Origin: an uncultured delta proteobacterium
Lineage (GTDB): Bacteria > Desulfobacterota > RBG-13-43-22
Assembly (NCBI GenBank): GCA_963802945.1
Contig: CAWDKY010000015.1
Span: 288,001 to 352,000 of the forward strand
Reading direction: 5' to 3'
Length of the DNA stretch: 64,000 bases
This document shows, one piece after another, positions 9,443-21,328 of this stretch. Both the position numbers and the translations under genes were made by a program. Position 1 is the first letter of the stretch. Every line of letters begins with the position of its first letter. Under the pieces are notes generated by a model that had not been told where the DNA came from, did no database searches, and saw only the letters and a list, made by a program, of their open reading frames with translations.

Positions 9443-10192
9443 TTGAGCAACTTAATAAAAAATTGGATCTTATCTGTTACCATCACTCTGGGGTTGATTT
9501 TGTTTGGCACATTTGGATTCGGAGCCGATCACCAGGGCCTGAAGGCCGATGGAAAGACCAATGTCATGCCGATTCGCTGGGATCAGGCCTTTTTAAGACT
9601 CATTTCCCCACCTGACAAGGCCAAGCTCGAACAGGGAGAAATCCTGTGTGAAATTAAAAAATGGGATAGCAACACCATAACCGCTCAAAGCATGGGCTTG
9701 ATTAAAGCCAAGGCCGAAGATTGCTTCAAGGTGGTCCGGAACTATAATCAATATATCAACCTGATGCCTTATACGAAGGAAAACAAGGTGGTCAGGTCTT
9801 TTCAATTGGAGGGAGAGCCTACCGGGGTCGAGGCAGTGGATTTTTGGACCCGGGTCAGGGTGCTGGGCATCAGCACCCGCTATCTGCTTCGTATCGCCCA
9901 CCTTCCAGAGCCTGCAAAACAGCGGTTTCGCAGTTTCTGGACCCTGGTGGACAAACCGGAACACCTGCCGGCCTGCCAGGATTCTGAAAGAAGGCCTTGC
10001 CAAAACGATCTGGCCGTTAATTTGGGCTCGCACCAGTTCGAGTCTTTTCCAGGAAATTCAAATTATACCTTGCACACCTATACCTTGACGGTTTCAGGAA
10101 AAAGCTGGCTTCAACAACCAGCCTTCCAGCTTGGAGGGACAAAATCCATGGGCGAGGTAACCCAGGCTATTCGAAATGTTTTAGAAAAATAG
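9443..10192 (+). CDS. exported SRPBCC/START-like protein
   Basis: Signal-like N-terminus; IKAKAEDCFKVVRNYNQYINLMPY resembles the SRPBCC pattern. Confidence 0.55.
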   Translation: MSNLIKNWILSVTITLGLILFGTFGFGADHQGLKADGKTNVMPIRWDQAFLRLISPPDKAKLEQGEILCEIKKWDSNTITAQSMGLIKAKAEDCFKVVRNYNQYINLMPYTKENKVVRSFQLEGEPTGVEAVDFWTRVRVLGISTRYLLRIAHLPEPAKQRFRSFWTLVDKPEHLPACQDSERRPCQNDLAVNLGSHQFESFPGNSNYTLHTYTLTVSGKSWLQQPAFQLGGTKSMGEVTQAIRNVLEK

Positions 10193-10928
10193 GAACGTCC
10201 CGCCAGCGGAATAAGAGAAGAAATTCATTAGGCGGTTTAAAAGCCCGCACTTCGACTACCCGCGTTGCTGTATCAATGGACACGTAAGGCATATAATCAC
10301 CGGAACAGGCCCCGGAGTTGACGTAAATCCCTTTTCCGAATGGGCGGCAGGCCATCTGGTGGGAGTGGCCCATGACGATAATATTACTTTTCCCATGGAG
10401 TAAGGCCTGTCGGGCGGCCTTATCCAGCCTTTCAAAGATCCGCTGCCCAAAGTCATAAAAAGGCCCTTCCAAAAAATCAGCTAGCCGGCTCAAGCCCTTC
10501 CGCCGCATGCCGCCGACTATCCAGGTGATGAGATAAGGTACCTGCCCTTTCTCACCGATGAAGGGATCGAATTGATGACCGTGGATAAACCACAACCGCC
10601 AGCCGTCCTTTTTCAGACGGATCTGTTTCAAGGTGCCTAAAATTTTTTGGGTGATCTGATCGTGATTTCCAAAAATACTTTCGTAGTGAGAAGAATTCCA
10701 GCGTTGGACAATCCGTGAATAGCGTTTCAGGATGGCTTCCAGCACATCCGATCTGGAGCCGGGATATGGCCCATAATCGGTTTGAAAAATATCCCCCATG
10801 AGAATAATCCGGTCATGGGTCCGTGAAAGATGGTCATCAAACCTAAGCAGACCTTCTTCTTTTCCCCGGAATTTATCCAAAACCGGGATATGGCCCAGAT
10901 GGAGATCACCAAAACTTGCAATGCGCAT
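10167..10928 (-). CDS. calcineurin-like metallophosphoesterase (LpxH-like)
   Basis: GDLHLG, GDIF, GNHD, HGH, GHSH motifs. Confidence 0.8.
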   Translation of the reverse strand: MRIASFGDLHLGHIPVLDKFRGKEEGLLRFDDHLSRTHDRIILMGDIFQTDYGPYPGSRSDVLEAILKRYSRIVQRWNSSHYESIFGNHDQITQKILGTLKQIRLKKDGWRLWFIHGHQFDPFIGEKGQVPYLITWIVGGMRRKGLSRLADFLEGPFYDFGQRIFERLDKAARQALLHGKSNIIVMGHSHQMACRPFGKGIYVNSGACSGDYMPYVSIDTATRVVEVRAFKPPNEFLLLFRWRDVPIFLKHFE

Positions 10929-11002
10929 TAGTTGATTTCAGCTTGGGTTTTTAGACGTAACACCAACTATCTTAAGTAGGTACGGTTTTTATCACAATGC
11001 TT

Positions 11003-11116
11003 AGAATTCAGGAGTCAGGAGCCGGAATCCAGAATAAGAAGCCCATCAAGCATAACGGAATTATAGCATTAAATTTATTTTTTCTTCTGAATTCTGACTC
11101 CTGGATTCTGAATTCT
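11003..11116. repeat. intergenic tandem-heptamer hairpin (AGRAKYC units)
   Basis: AGAATTC-AGGAGTC-AGGAGCC-GGAATCC ... GAATTCT-GACTCCT-GGATTCT-GAATTCT. Confidence 0.85.
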
Positions 11117-11120
11117 CTTC

Positions 11121-12410
11121 TTAATGTTTAAACGCCCTCTGACCGGTAAAGACCATGGTGGCCAGCGGAACGGCCTGGTTGCAGGCCTCAATCACCTCAA
11201 AATCCCTTATGGATCCTCCGGGCTGAACAACAGCGATTACCCCCTGGCGCAGTCCTACATCCACTCCGTCACGGAAAGGGAAGAAGGCATCGGAAATCAT
11301 CACCGATCCGGGCAGACCGGCCTTATCTCCTTTGGTCTTTTGATCGATCTCCTCCTTTTCCCCAGCCTCCCTCTTGCCCTGCTCGACTTCTAATTCCAAT
11401 TCATTATAGGAAATCCCATGCTGATCAAAGCAAAGGGCATCGGCATATTTGGTGTAAGCCTTATAAACCGCGATCTCGGCCACACCCACCCGATCCTGTT
11501 CTCCTGTGCCGATACCTACCGTGCATTCATCCTTGACATAAAGGACGGAATTGGAGGTGACCCCCTGTTCCACGGACCAGCCGAAGTACATGTCCTCCAA
11601 TTCCTTTTGCGTTGGTTGCCGAGAAATTCGGTACTCACGCCCTTGATAGGTACAGGCCGCCGGCATAAAATCTTCTTTTTTTTGTATAGCATTGATCGGT
11701 GACTGCTGGAGAACCAGACCCCCGTCCTGTAGACTTTTAAAGTCTATGAACCGAACCTGACGAAGGTTTTCCAAAAGATCCATTCGGGGCACCTTTAGAA
11801 TCCTTAGATTCCCGCGTGTGGCCAAAATGGGGATTGAACTTTCTTCAAAATCCGGGGCAGCCACGACTTCCAGATAATTTTGGGAAATGAGTTCAGCCGT
11901 GGTTTTGTCCATAGGGCGATTGAAAACAGCTGCGCCACCAAAGGCGGCGATCCGGTCGGCCCGGTTGGCCCGAAAGTAGGCCTCCGATAATCCGGCCCCA
12001 TAAGCGACCCCGCAAGGGTTATTGTGCTTGACGATCACGGCCGCTGGTTTGGCTGAAAGGAATTTGAGAATGTTCAAGGCATTATCCACATCGGTCAGAT
12101 TGGTCTTGCCGGGATGTTTTCCTTCTTGAATCATTTCGGCCTCGGTTATGGCTGAAACCATCCCCAGTCCCGTCCGAATGAATTGACATTCCCCCAGGAT
12201 GAGATTTCCATTGACTAATTCATACAGAGCCGCTTCCTGTCCTGGGTTTTCCCCGTAGCGCAGTCCTTTTTCTTCTAGGACCCCATCAGCTTGGGGCAGC
12301 TTCCAGGTCCTTTTGCGGTACGTCAGGGCTTGATCCCCCAGGGTGATGGTTAAGGTCAAAGGAAAATGATCGGCCATAACTGTTCGGTACATTTTTTTTA
12401 GGTCGTCCAT
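11121..12410 (-). CDS. purH: PurH-like AICAR transformylase (AICARFT/IMPCH family)
   Basis: LRYGENP.Q, VKHNNPCG, SDAFFPFRDG, QPGGS, FTG.R.FKH; ATG at 12410 after GGAGG. Confidence 0.85.
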   Translation of the reverse strand: MDDLKKMYRTVMADHFPLTLTITLGDQALTYRKRTWKLPQADGVLEEKGLRYGENPGQEAALYELVNGNLILGECQFIRTGLGMVSAITEAEMIQEGKHPGKTNLTDVDNALNILKFLSAKPAAVIVKHNNPCGVAYGAGLSEAYFRANRADRIAAFGGAAVFNRPMDKTTAELISQNYLEVVAAPDFEESSIPILATRGNLRILKVPRMDLLENLRQVRFIDFKSLQDGGLVLQQSPINAIQKKEDFMPAACTYQGREYRISRQPTQKELEDMYFGWSVEQGVTSNSVLYVKDECTVGIGTGEQDRVGVAEIAVYKAYTKYADALCFDQHGISYNELELEVEQGKREAGEKEEIDQKTKGDKAGLPGSVMISDAFFPFRDGVDVGLRQGVIAVVQPGGSIRDFEVIEACNQAVPLATMVFTGQRAFKH

Positions 12411-12419
12411 AGAACCTCC

Positions 12420-12510
12420 AGGTGTAAGGTGCAAGGCATAAGGGGTAAGGTTTATCCGTGGGTATTTTGCGTGTAGGCTTTATTGCCGTGAACCGTGAAT
12501 CGTAAACCTT
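12420..12510. repeat. intergenic tandem-heptamer element (degenerate arms)
   Basis: AGGTGTA-AGGTGCA-AGGCATA-AGGGGTA ... CCGTGAA-CCGTGAA-TCGTAAA. Confidence 0.7.
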
Positions 12511-13285
12511 AGATTTTTTCTCTTTCAATAAAAGCATAAGCGCTGTGGTTGTGAATGGATTCGAAATTTTCTGTATCCACGGAAAACCAGGTGATATTAG
12601 GATCGGACTCCAGTTTCCTGGCAACCTCCCGGACCACGTCTTCAACAAACATGGGATTCTCGTAACTTTTTTCAGTCACGAATTTTTCATCTTCGCGCTT
12701 CAAAACAGAAAAGACTTCCGAAGAGGCAGACTCTTCAACCAAACGGATAATATCCTCAATCCAAATAAATTTTTTAAACCGCAGGTTGACCCGAACTTCA
12801 CCTCTTTGGTTATGAGCACCGTGGGCACTGATTTCTTTGGAACAAGGACAGACCGTGGCGATGGGAATTTTTAATTCAAGGACCAAGTCCCGAGCTTTTA
12901 CCTGACTGGTAGATCCCTTTATCGTACAGATATATTCCATGAGACCTTCGGCCTGGGTGACCGGGGCCTTTTTAGTTATGAAATAGGGAAAAGTGACTTC
13001 TAGATGGGCTGATTCGGCATTTAGCCTGGTTTTAAGGGCCTCCAATATGGAACCAATATTTTCCATGGTGATCTGACGACGGTATTCACTCAAGACCTCG
13101 ATAAAGCGGCTCATATGAGTCCCTTTGTGATCATGGGGAAGATTGACGTACATATTGATGCTAGCTACTGTTTGTTGGTGGCCGTTCTCTTTATCCCGGA
13201 CTGTTATCGGGTATCGAATATTTTTTACCCCAACCTTATCGATCGGAATGTGCCGGTCGTCTTTTTGATCTTGAATATCTATCAT
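12509..13285 (-). CDS. folE2: GTP cyclohydrolase IB
   Basis: KGTHMSRF, CPCSKEIS, GAHNQR, ESIHNHSAYA. Confidence 0.96.
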   Translation of the reverse strand: MIDIQDQKDDRHIPIDKVGVKNIRYPITVRDKENGHQQTVASINMYVNLPHDHKGTHMSRFIEVLSEYRRQITMENIGSILEALKTRLNAESAHLEVTFPYFITKKAPVTQAEGLMEYICTIKGSTSQVKARDLVLELKIPIATVCPCSKEISAHGAHNQRGEVRVNLRFKKFIWIEDIIRLVEESASSEVFSVLKREDEKFVTEKSYENPMFVEDVVREVARKLESDPNITWFSVDTENFESIHNHSAYAFIEREKI

Positions 13286-13287
13286 AA

Positions 13288-13355
13288 GAGTTGCGAGTTG
13301 CGAATTGCGGGTTGCGGGTTAAAACCATTTCAACACGCAACCCGAAACCCGTAAC
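13288..13355. repeat. intergenic tandem-heptamer hairpin (GRGTTGC units)
   Basis: GAGTTGC x2-GAATTGC-GGGTTGC ... GCAACCC-GAAACCC-GTAAC. Confidence 0.85.
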
Positions 13356-13364
13356 AGGTTTTTC

Positions 13365-14777
13365 TCACCATCCTATCATCAAATACTCATGAATGGAGTT
13401 GGCGGCGATACGTCCGGCCCCCATGGCCAGGATGACCGTAGCCGAGCCGGTTACGATATCCCCTCCGGCCCAGACCCCTTTCTTATAGGTTTTCCCGGTC
13501 TTGGGATCGGCCACGATATAGCCCCTCTTGTTAGTTTGCAATCCTGGGGTCGTTGCCGTTATTAAAGGATTTGCCCCGGCCCCGATGGCTATGACCACCA
13601 GATCGGTCTGCATGGTGAATTCCGACCCTTTGATGGGAATGGGTCTTCTTCGACCTGAATCATCGGGCTCGCCCAGTTCCATTTTAATACATTCCATGGA
13701 TGTCACCCGGCCTTTATCATTTCCAATAAAGCGGGTGGGATTGGTCAGAAGGTGTAATTCTACCCCTTCTTCTTCTGCATGGTGAATTTCTTCCTTCCGG
13801 GCGGGCATTTCATCCCGGGAACGACGATAAACGATCTTTACACTGTCTGCGCCCAGCCGCAAGGCGGTCCGGGCCGAATCCATAGCCACATTGCCTGCTC
13901 CCAAGACAACCACATCTTTCCCGAGAACAATTGGGGTGTCGTATTCGGGAAACTTATAGGCCTTCATCAAATTGGACCTGGTCAGATATTCATTGGCCGA
14001 ATAAATACCGATCAAATTCTCCCCTGGGATATTCATAAATATCGGCAGTCCGGCCCCGACCCCGATGTAGACGGCATCAAAACCCTCGGCGAAAAGTTCG
14101 TCAATGGTCGAGGTCCGGCCGATGACGGCATTGCAGACGATCTTGGCCCCCAGTTTTTCCAGGATATCCACTTCGGCTTGAACAATGGCCTTGGGGAGAC
14201 GGAATTCCGGAATCCCATAGATCAAGACCCCGCCGGTTTTATGAAAGGCCTCGAAGATGGTCACCTCATGTCCTTTAAGGATCAAGTCTCCGGCCACCGT
14301 AAGACCGGATGGCCCGGAGCCTATCACAGCTACCTTTTTCCCTGTTGGCGCTGCTTTTTGTGGGAGCTTGAATTCCCCTTGGGTCCGCTGCCGATCGGCG
14401 GCGAAGCGTTCCAGACGTCCGACAGCCACCGGTTCTTCCCTTTTGCCCAGGATACACAAGGACTCACATTGACTTTCCTGGGGACAGACCCGACCACAGA
14501 CGGCCGGCAGACTGGTCTTTTCCCAAAGTTTCATAATGGCCCCGGGAAAATCCCCTTCTTTGATAAGCTTGACAAATCCCGGGATGTCGATTCCAACCGG
14601 GCATCCTTCCACACAGGAAGGCTTCTTACACTGCAGACATCGACTCGCTTCCAACTGAGCCGTCTCCGGGGAATACCCCAAAGGGACCTCATTAAAATTC
14701 CTGGCCCTGACCTTTGGATCTTGTTCCGGCATTTTCTGCCTGGATATTTTTTCTTTCTTCTTTATTTCTTCGACCAC
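13365..14777 (-). CDS. nfnB: NfnB/SudA electron-bifurcating transhydrogenase large subunit (GltD-like)
   Basis: CLQC...CVEGCP, CGRVCPQESQCE, GSGPSG, GAGNVAMD; adjacent to an nfnA-like gene. Confidence 0.88.
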   Translation of the reverse strand: MVEEIKKKEKISRQKMPEQDPKVRARNFNEVPLGYSPETAQLEASRCLQCKKPSCVEGCPVGIDIPGFVKLIKEGDFPGAIMKLWEKTSLPAVCGRVCPQESQCESLCILGKREEPVAVGRLERFAADRQRTQGEFKLPQKAAPTGKKVAVIGSGPSGLTVAGDLILKGHEVTIFEAFHKTGGVLIYGIPEFRLPKAIVQAEVDILEKLGAKIVCNAVIGRTSTIDELFAEGFDAVYIGVGAGLPIFMNIPGENLIGIYSANEYLTRSNLMKAYKFPEYDTPIVLGKDVVVLGAGNVAMDSARTALRLGADSVKIVYRRSRDEMPARKEEIHHAEEEGVELHLLTNPTRFIGNDKGRVTSMECIKMELGEPDDSGRRRPIPIKGSEFTMQTDLVVIAIGAGANPLITATTPGLQTNKRGYIVADPKTGKTYKKGVWAGGDIVTGSATVILAMGAGRIAANSIHEYLMIGW

Positions 14778-14794
14778 GTTAATTCCTCCGTATA

Positions 14795-14871
14795 AGTTCG
14801 GAGTTCAGAGTTCAGAGTTCGGAGTAAAAATACTTACCGTTGTTTGACTCTGAACTCTTAACTCTTAACTC
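14795..14871. repeat. intergenic tandem-heptamer hairpin (AGTTCRG units)
   Basis: AGTTCGG-AGTTCAG x2-AGTTCGG ... CTGAACT-CTTAACT x2. Confidence 0.85.
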
Positions 14872-14873
14872 GG

Positions 14874-15720
14874 TTATTTACTGCATTGACAGCCTGATTT
14901 TTCAAACCTTTCCATGGCCTGTTTTTCCTGTTCCAAATAGGCCTGCTGTCTTTGAATCAGTTCATCAAAATTGACCTTGTGGCCGTCAAATTCCGGCCCG
15001 TCGACACAGGCAAAGCGGGGCACACCATCGACAGTCACCCGGCAGCAGCCGCACATCCCGGTTCCATCCACCATGATGGGATTCAAGCTGACCATGGTTT
15101 TCACGCCATATCCAGCGGTCAGTTTGCTGGTGAATTTCATCATCGGAACCGGTCCGATGGCCACAATTAAAGCAATAGAATCTTTTTTATCCAAATATTC
15201 TTTTACAACATCAGTCACAAATCCATGATGACCGTAAGAGCCGTCATCGGTACAGACCCGAAGTTCATGGGAAGCCCGGGCCATCTGGTCTTCGAGGATC
15301 AAGCAGGTCCTTGGTCCTGGCACCGATGATGGCCACTACCTGGTTCCCGGCCTCTTTCATGCCCTTAGTAATGGGATGCAAAACCGCCACCCCGGTTCCT
15401 CCCCCCACACAGATCACGGTCCCCAATTTTTCGATGTGGGTCGGTTGACCCAAGGGACCGCAAATATCTTGAAAGGCATCCCCGGGATTAAGGCTCTTCA
15501 TCAAAGCGGTCGACTTTCCAACCACTTGATAAATTAAAGTAATGGTGCCCTTCTCAGGATCCGTATCGGCCATCGTCAAAGGAATCCGTTCCCCAGTTTC
15601 ATTGACCCGAATGATGACAAACTGGCCGGGTCTGGCTTTTCGGGCAATTAAGGGGGCCTTGATTACATTACTGATAACAGTACCTTGAGCCAGTTCCTCT
15701 TTTTCTAAGATCTCAAACAC
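14874..15720 (-). CDS. nfnA: NfnA/SudB small subunit (one frameshift near 15303)
   Basis: PGQFVI, ERIPLT, GGGTG in ORF 15265-15729 continue into DDGSYG, MVDGTGMCG.CRV, CVDGPEF in ORF 14874-15323. Confidence 0.88.
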
Positions 15721-15975
15721 GATTGCCACTCCTTCTTATATTGTATTTTGGAGAATTTTTTAAAAATAAGATTTAAATTATTAACATAATAACTCCTCTT
15801 CTGTCAAAAAAATGTTGGGATTTTTTAAGGCTTGTCGATAGTTACTCGCTACAGTTAGAGGGGGTGTCTGGAATATAAAATTTCAAACCCTAAAACCGCT
15901 AATGGAAACGAGAAGATAATTTCATTAAAGGCCGAATATCGCCTGACACTCTAAAGAAAAAAATCTTATTTATCC

Positions 15976-16197
15976 TTATAAAGATCCGAAACGATGAAAA
16001 GAAGCGGCGGGTAAAAATAGGCAGAGCAAGAAACCCATAATGGGCATGAACGTCATGGTCTGCAAGGCTGTCGGTACTCCCCAGTTATCGGCCACCAGAT
16101 CCAACAGGGTTACCCCTAATCCACCGGTCCCCATGGCAAACCCGATCATCAAACCCGAGGCCACCCCCAGCTTGCCGGGCAAAAGATCCTAGGCCAT
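15976..16197 (-). pseudogene. orphan duplicate of the 3' end of the MFS gene
   Basis: 15992-16197 aligns without gaps to 17198-17403 (about 22 mismatches in 206 nt by hand count); includes CAG>TAG. Confidence 0.85.
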
Positions 16198-16231
16198 AGG
16201 AAAAAGGTGCGGGTCTTGCAATTATACATTT

Positions 16232-16312
16232 TCATACATGCTCCACCCGATTTATTGCTCGACACACATCAGCATAGTTGAAACCCAGATATTCGGCAAT
16301 TTTCTTTAATGC
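16232..16312 (-). pseudogene. C-terminal HTH remnant of a RAYT transposase
   Basis: Manual translation ALKKIAEYLGFNYADVCRAINRVEHV*, followed by AATGTATAATTGCAAGACCCGCACC. Confidence 0.55.
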
Positions 16313-16480
16313 GCTGTTGCAAAACCCCAACAACCATTCAGACAGATAGGCATTTCTAAATCAAGAGTAGGGTCTGAGGGAGAGGCGAGCCCTATAAATC
16401 TTAACCTATAAAAAACAGTAACTGATTCGAACACCCGAATCTTACCTGCTTTTACTTAAGCTCTTCCTCAATAGGCACGG

Positions 16481-16876
16481 TTAACGGGTATAGGTGGCTG
16501 TTCCCCCAGTAGAAGTGGTCAAAAGCATAGGACTTACCACCGTACCGACCATAGGTGCGGTGAGCCAAAAAAGTGGCGTCGTGGATGTGCTGCTGTGGTA
16601 GAAATATAACGTGGTACCCTGATAGACCCAGTAAAAAGTGGGGTCCGCAGTCGCATAGACACCGGAACCTCCCGAGGCACTTCCAGATGAGTTTGCATTG
16701 AAAGTCAATTGTTCCGGCAAAGCCGTACCGTCTCCTGTAGAAAGACTATCAGACTTGGTCCAGGTACTACCCGTAATTGTTAAATAAGTGGGATTCCCAC
16801 CGTAAGTCCCGCCACATCCCATAAGAAAGACAAAAAGCAATCCAATGACTACCAGGAAAGAAACTTTTGATTTCAT
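16481..16876 (-). CDS. Thr/Ser/Gly-rich lipoprotein of unknown function
   Basis: Signal peptide with lipobox LMGC; RBS AAGGAG. Confidence 0.75.
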   Translation of the reverse strand: MKSKVSFLVVIGLLFVFLMGCGGTYGGNPTYLTITGSTWTKSDSLSTGDGTALPEQLTFNANSSGSASGGSGVYATADPTFYWVYQGTTLYFYHSSTSTTPLFWLTAPMVGTVVSPMLLTTSTGGTATYTR

Positions 16877-17088
16877 CAATCTTCTCCTTTACGAAAAAGA
16901 AAATGTGCGTGCTTAGACATGAACGCCCACACATAACAGATTGTCTGCGTTTCAGTACATAGAGTCTCAAGTCGTTCGATAAAATTTTCACGATCTTTAT
17001 CAATACGGAATATCTTCCTGCGTTCTATTCCCCGAATCATAACATGGTGCAAAATGCCGGGAGCATCAAGTCGTGTTGTTCTGGGCAT
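16876..17088 (-). pseudogene. RAYT (Y1 HUH transposase) N-terminal fragment
   Basis: MPR..RLDAPG.LHHVMIRGIERRKIF...WAFM..HAHFL; ends just after the HUH motif. Confidence 0.85.
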
Positions 17089-17175
17089 TTTTCTTTATTA
17101 TTATCACCAGACTACAATGTCAATTGAATTATTATAGAGAGTCCCGCCTGCCATGATTGTTGACTTTAAAAAGGA

Positions 17176-18345
17176 TTACCCCGGCGACCCTTTAGACCGA
17201 TGAAAAGAAGCGGAGGTTAAAAATAAACAGAGTAAGAAACCCATAATGGGCATGACAGTTATGGTTTTCAAGGCTGTCGGTACCCCCCAGGTATCGGCCA
17301 ACAGACCCAACAGGGTTACCCCCATGCCACCGGTCCCGATGGCAAACCCGACCATCAACCCCGAGGCCATCCCCAGCTTGCCGGGCAAAAGATCCTGGGC
17401 CATGACCACCGTGACGGAAAAACTGGCGATCAAAACAAATCCCGAAAGGGCCAGGACGACAAAGGCCCCCCATCCTTGGACTTGAAGAAAGAGGATAAGC
17501 AGGGGAATCATCAGGAGCATGGTCAAGGTTAGGAAGAACTTGTGCCCCCATCGGTCAGCCAGGCGGGCTCCCAAAAGGGTTCCTATCGTTCCTGAGATCA
17601 GAAAAGTGGTAACCATCTTGCCGGCCAGCAAGGGATCTCCTTTTAAGTAATTGATATAATAAAAAGGAATAAAGGTTACCAGTCCCATTTGTATCCAAGA
17701 TCTCATGGTGACAATCAGGATCAGTAGGGTCAATTTACCGTAAGAGGCGATGGATTTGGGGTTGATGGAGGCGGTCTCTTTTTGCTTCATAGGGGCAGGA
17801 TAGCGTAAGGCCGGCAAAAGGAAGAGGAGGAAACAGGCCATAAAGAAGCCCGGTAAGCAATAAAAAAGGGTTCCAGCCAGGGAAAAATGGGTAACCACAA
17901 GGGCAAGCGTAAATGGCCCTAAAGCAAATCCCAGGTTTCCTCCAACGGCAAATATGGACATTCCCGAGGCCTTCTTTTGGCCGATAAAAAAATGGGCGGT
18001 TTTAAATCCTTCTGGATGAAAAGCAGCCACCCCTAAACCTCCCAGAACGACCAATAAAAGAAGGATCCAATAGTTCGGAGATAAGCCGGAGAGACCGATG
18101 CCCAATCCGGCCACCAAAACCCCCATGGGAATCAACCAGACTTTGGGTCGAAGGTCCGAAAAAAAACCGAATATCGGCTGAATAATCGAAGAAGTCAGAT
18201 TTGAGGCCAGGAGTATTATCCCCGCGGAGGTGTAAGATAGGCCCAAAGATTCTTTCATAAAAGGCAGGAGGGCGGGGACGGCCCCCTGATTGATATCAGT
18301 TATCAGGTGGGTCAAACTCAACAGGAATAATATTTTAAGATCCAT
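17176..18345 (-). CDS. MFS transporter, Fsr-like
   Basis: HLITDINQG, QPIFGFFSD, AFHPEG, GGNLGFALGP, LADRWG. Confidence 0.88.
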   Translation of the reverse strand: MDLKILFLLSLTHLITDINQGAVPALLPFMKESLGLSYTSAGIILLASNLTSSIIQPIFGFFSDLRPKVWLIPMGVLVAGLGIGLSGLSPNYWILLLLVVLGGLGVAAFHPEGFKTAHFFIGQKKASGMSIFAVGGNLGFALGPFTLALVVTHFSLAGTLFYCLPGFFMACFLLFLLPALRYPAPMKQKETASINPKSIASYGKLTLLILIVTMRSWIQMGLVTFIPFYYINYLKGDPLLAGKMVTTFLISGTIGTLLGARLADRWGHKFFLTLTMLLMIPLLILFLQVQGWGAFVVLALSGFVLIASFSVTVVMAQDLLPGKLGMASGLMVGFAIGTGGMGVTLLGLLADTWGVPTALKTITVMPIMGFLLCLFLTSASFHRSKGSPG

Positions 18346-18387
18346 GGGCGGTTGTTCATTCCCTTAAAAATGATCAGGGGTTTACCC

Positions 18388-18416
18388 TTGACTAATTATG
18401 GAAAATAATTTAATAT
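18388..18416 (+). promoter_or_regulatory. sigma70-type promoter for the lysS/envelope operon
   Basis: TTGACT-N17-TAATAT, 65 nt upstream of lysS. Confidence 0.5.
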
Positions 18417-18480
18417 TTAATATTTATTTTCTTGTCCCCTGATTTTTGGATGATAGTAACGAATTTATAGGGCTTAGTCA

Positions 18481-19975
<1,495 letters not shown>

Positions 19976-19977
<2 letters not shown>

Positions 19978-20055
19978 TACTGGATACTGGATAAAAACAA
20001 AAAGTTTTTTTAAAGATCAACCTGGAATTTTTTCCAGCATCCAGTATCCAGCATC
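19976..20055. repeat. intergenic tandem-heptamer hairpin (GATRCTG units)
   Basis: GATACTG x2-GATA ... CAGCATC-CAGTATC-CAGCATC. Confidence 0.8.
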
Positions 20056-20073
20056 GGGTGTTTAAGGGTAAGA

Positions 20074-21322
20074 ATGTCTTTTGAATTATTTGTCAGTTAC
20101 ACGCTATCTCAAGGCCAAAAGGAAACAGACCTTTATTTCCATCATCACTTTTATCTCCATAGGCGGAGTCACTCTGGGGGTTATGGCCCTGATTGTTGTT
20201 ATAGCGGTAATGAGCGGTTTTGAAAATGACTTGAAAAATAAAATCCTGGGGCTGAATTCCCATGCCCTGGTTTTAAGCTGGGACAATGCCATAGAAAATT
20301 ATGCTCAGGTGGCCCGGCGGGTCGAATCGGTTTCCGGGGTAACCGCGGCCACTCCATTCATCCTGACCCAGGTCATGGTAAGCACCGGGAGTCAGGTGAC
20401 CGGGGCCGTTCTTCGAGGGATCGATATCCATAGCGCTCCAAAGGTGATTTCCCTGGATCGCATATTAAAGAAAGGGACCTGGCAGGCCTTGGAAGACCCT
20501 TCTCTGACTGAAGGACAAAAAGGTCAAGAATTGCGGGGTATCATTTTAGGCCAGGAGTTGGCCAAGAGCCTAGGCCTTTCTTTAAACGATACCTTGTCCC
20601 TCATTTCCCCTCTGGGGGAAATGACGCCCTTAGGGAGAATCCCCAAGATGAGACCTTTCAGGCTGGTAGGGATTTTTGAGTCAGGGATGTTTGAATACGA
20701 CTCCACCATAGCCTTTGTTTCCCTTTCTCAAGCCCAGTCTTTTTTGGGACTGGGCAGTAAAGTGACCGGTCTGGAACTCAAAACCCGGGATGTCTATAAA
20801 GCGGCTGAGATCGCCCGGGACATTCAGACCAAACTGGGTTTTCCCTTTTGGACCAAAGACTGGATGCGGATGAACAAAAATCTGTTCTCGGCTTTAAAAT
20901 TGGAAAAACTGGTCATGTTTATCATCCTGACCCTGATTATCCTGGTGGCGGCCTTTAATATCGTGGCCTCTTTAATCATGGTGGTCATGGAAAAAACCAA
21001 GGATATCGCCATCCTCAAATCCATGGGGGCAACGTCCGGAAGCATCATGAAGATCTTTATGCTGGAAGGGATGATTATTGGAACAGTGGGCACGGCTCTG
21101 GGACTGCTGGGCGGCGTGGGTTTATGCTGGATTCTTGAAAAATATCAGTTTATCAAATTACCCAGTGACGTTTATTATATCTCCTCCTTGCCGGTATTGA
21201 TGAAGGGGTGGGATATATTGATAATCGTGGCTTCCGCTTTGGGGATCAGCTTGCTGGCTACCCTGTATCCGGCCTGGCAGGCCTCCCGTCTTGATCCGGC
21301 CGAAGCCATAAGGTATGAATAA
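20074..21322 (+). CDS. lolE: lipoprotein-releasing ABC permease LolC/E (frameshift near 20098)
   Basis: MSFELFVS in one frame joins RYLKAKRK in another; VMSGF, VAAFNI, DIAILKSMGA, YPAWQASRLDP. Confidence 0.9.
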
Positions 21323-21328
21323 AGAAAT

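Larger units (their letters stand above)
16206..17145 (-). mobile_element. decayed RAYT/REPtron-like element with lipoprotein cargo
   Basis: RAYT N-terminal fragment 16876-17088, HTH-like C-terminal fragment 16232-16312, and REP-like motifs at 16206-16231 and 17116-17145. Confidence 0.65.

Noticed and set aside
13779-14795. 338-aa plus-strand ORF (likewise 60811-61629, 25680-26321, 43257-43856)
   Set aside because: Antisense shadows of well-supported genes
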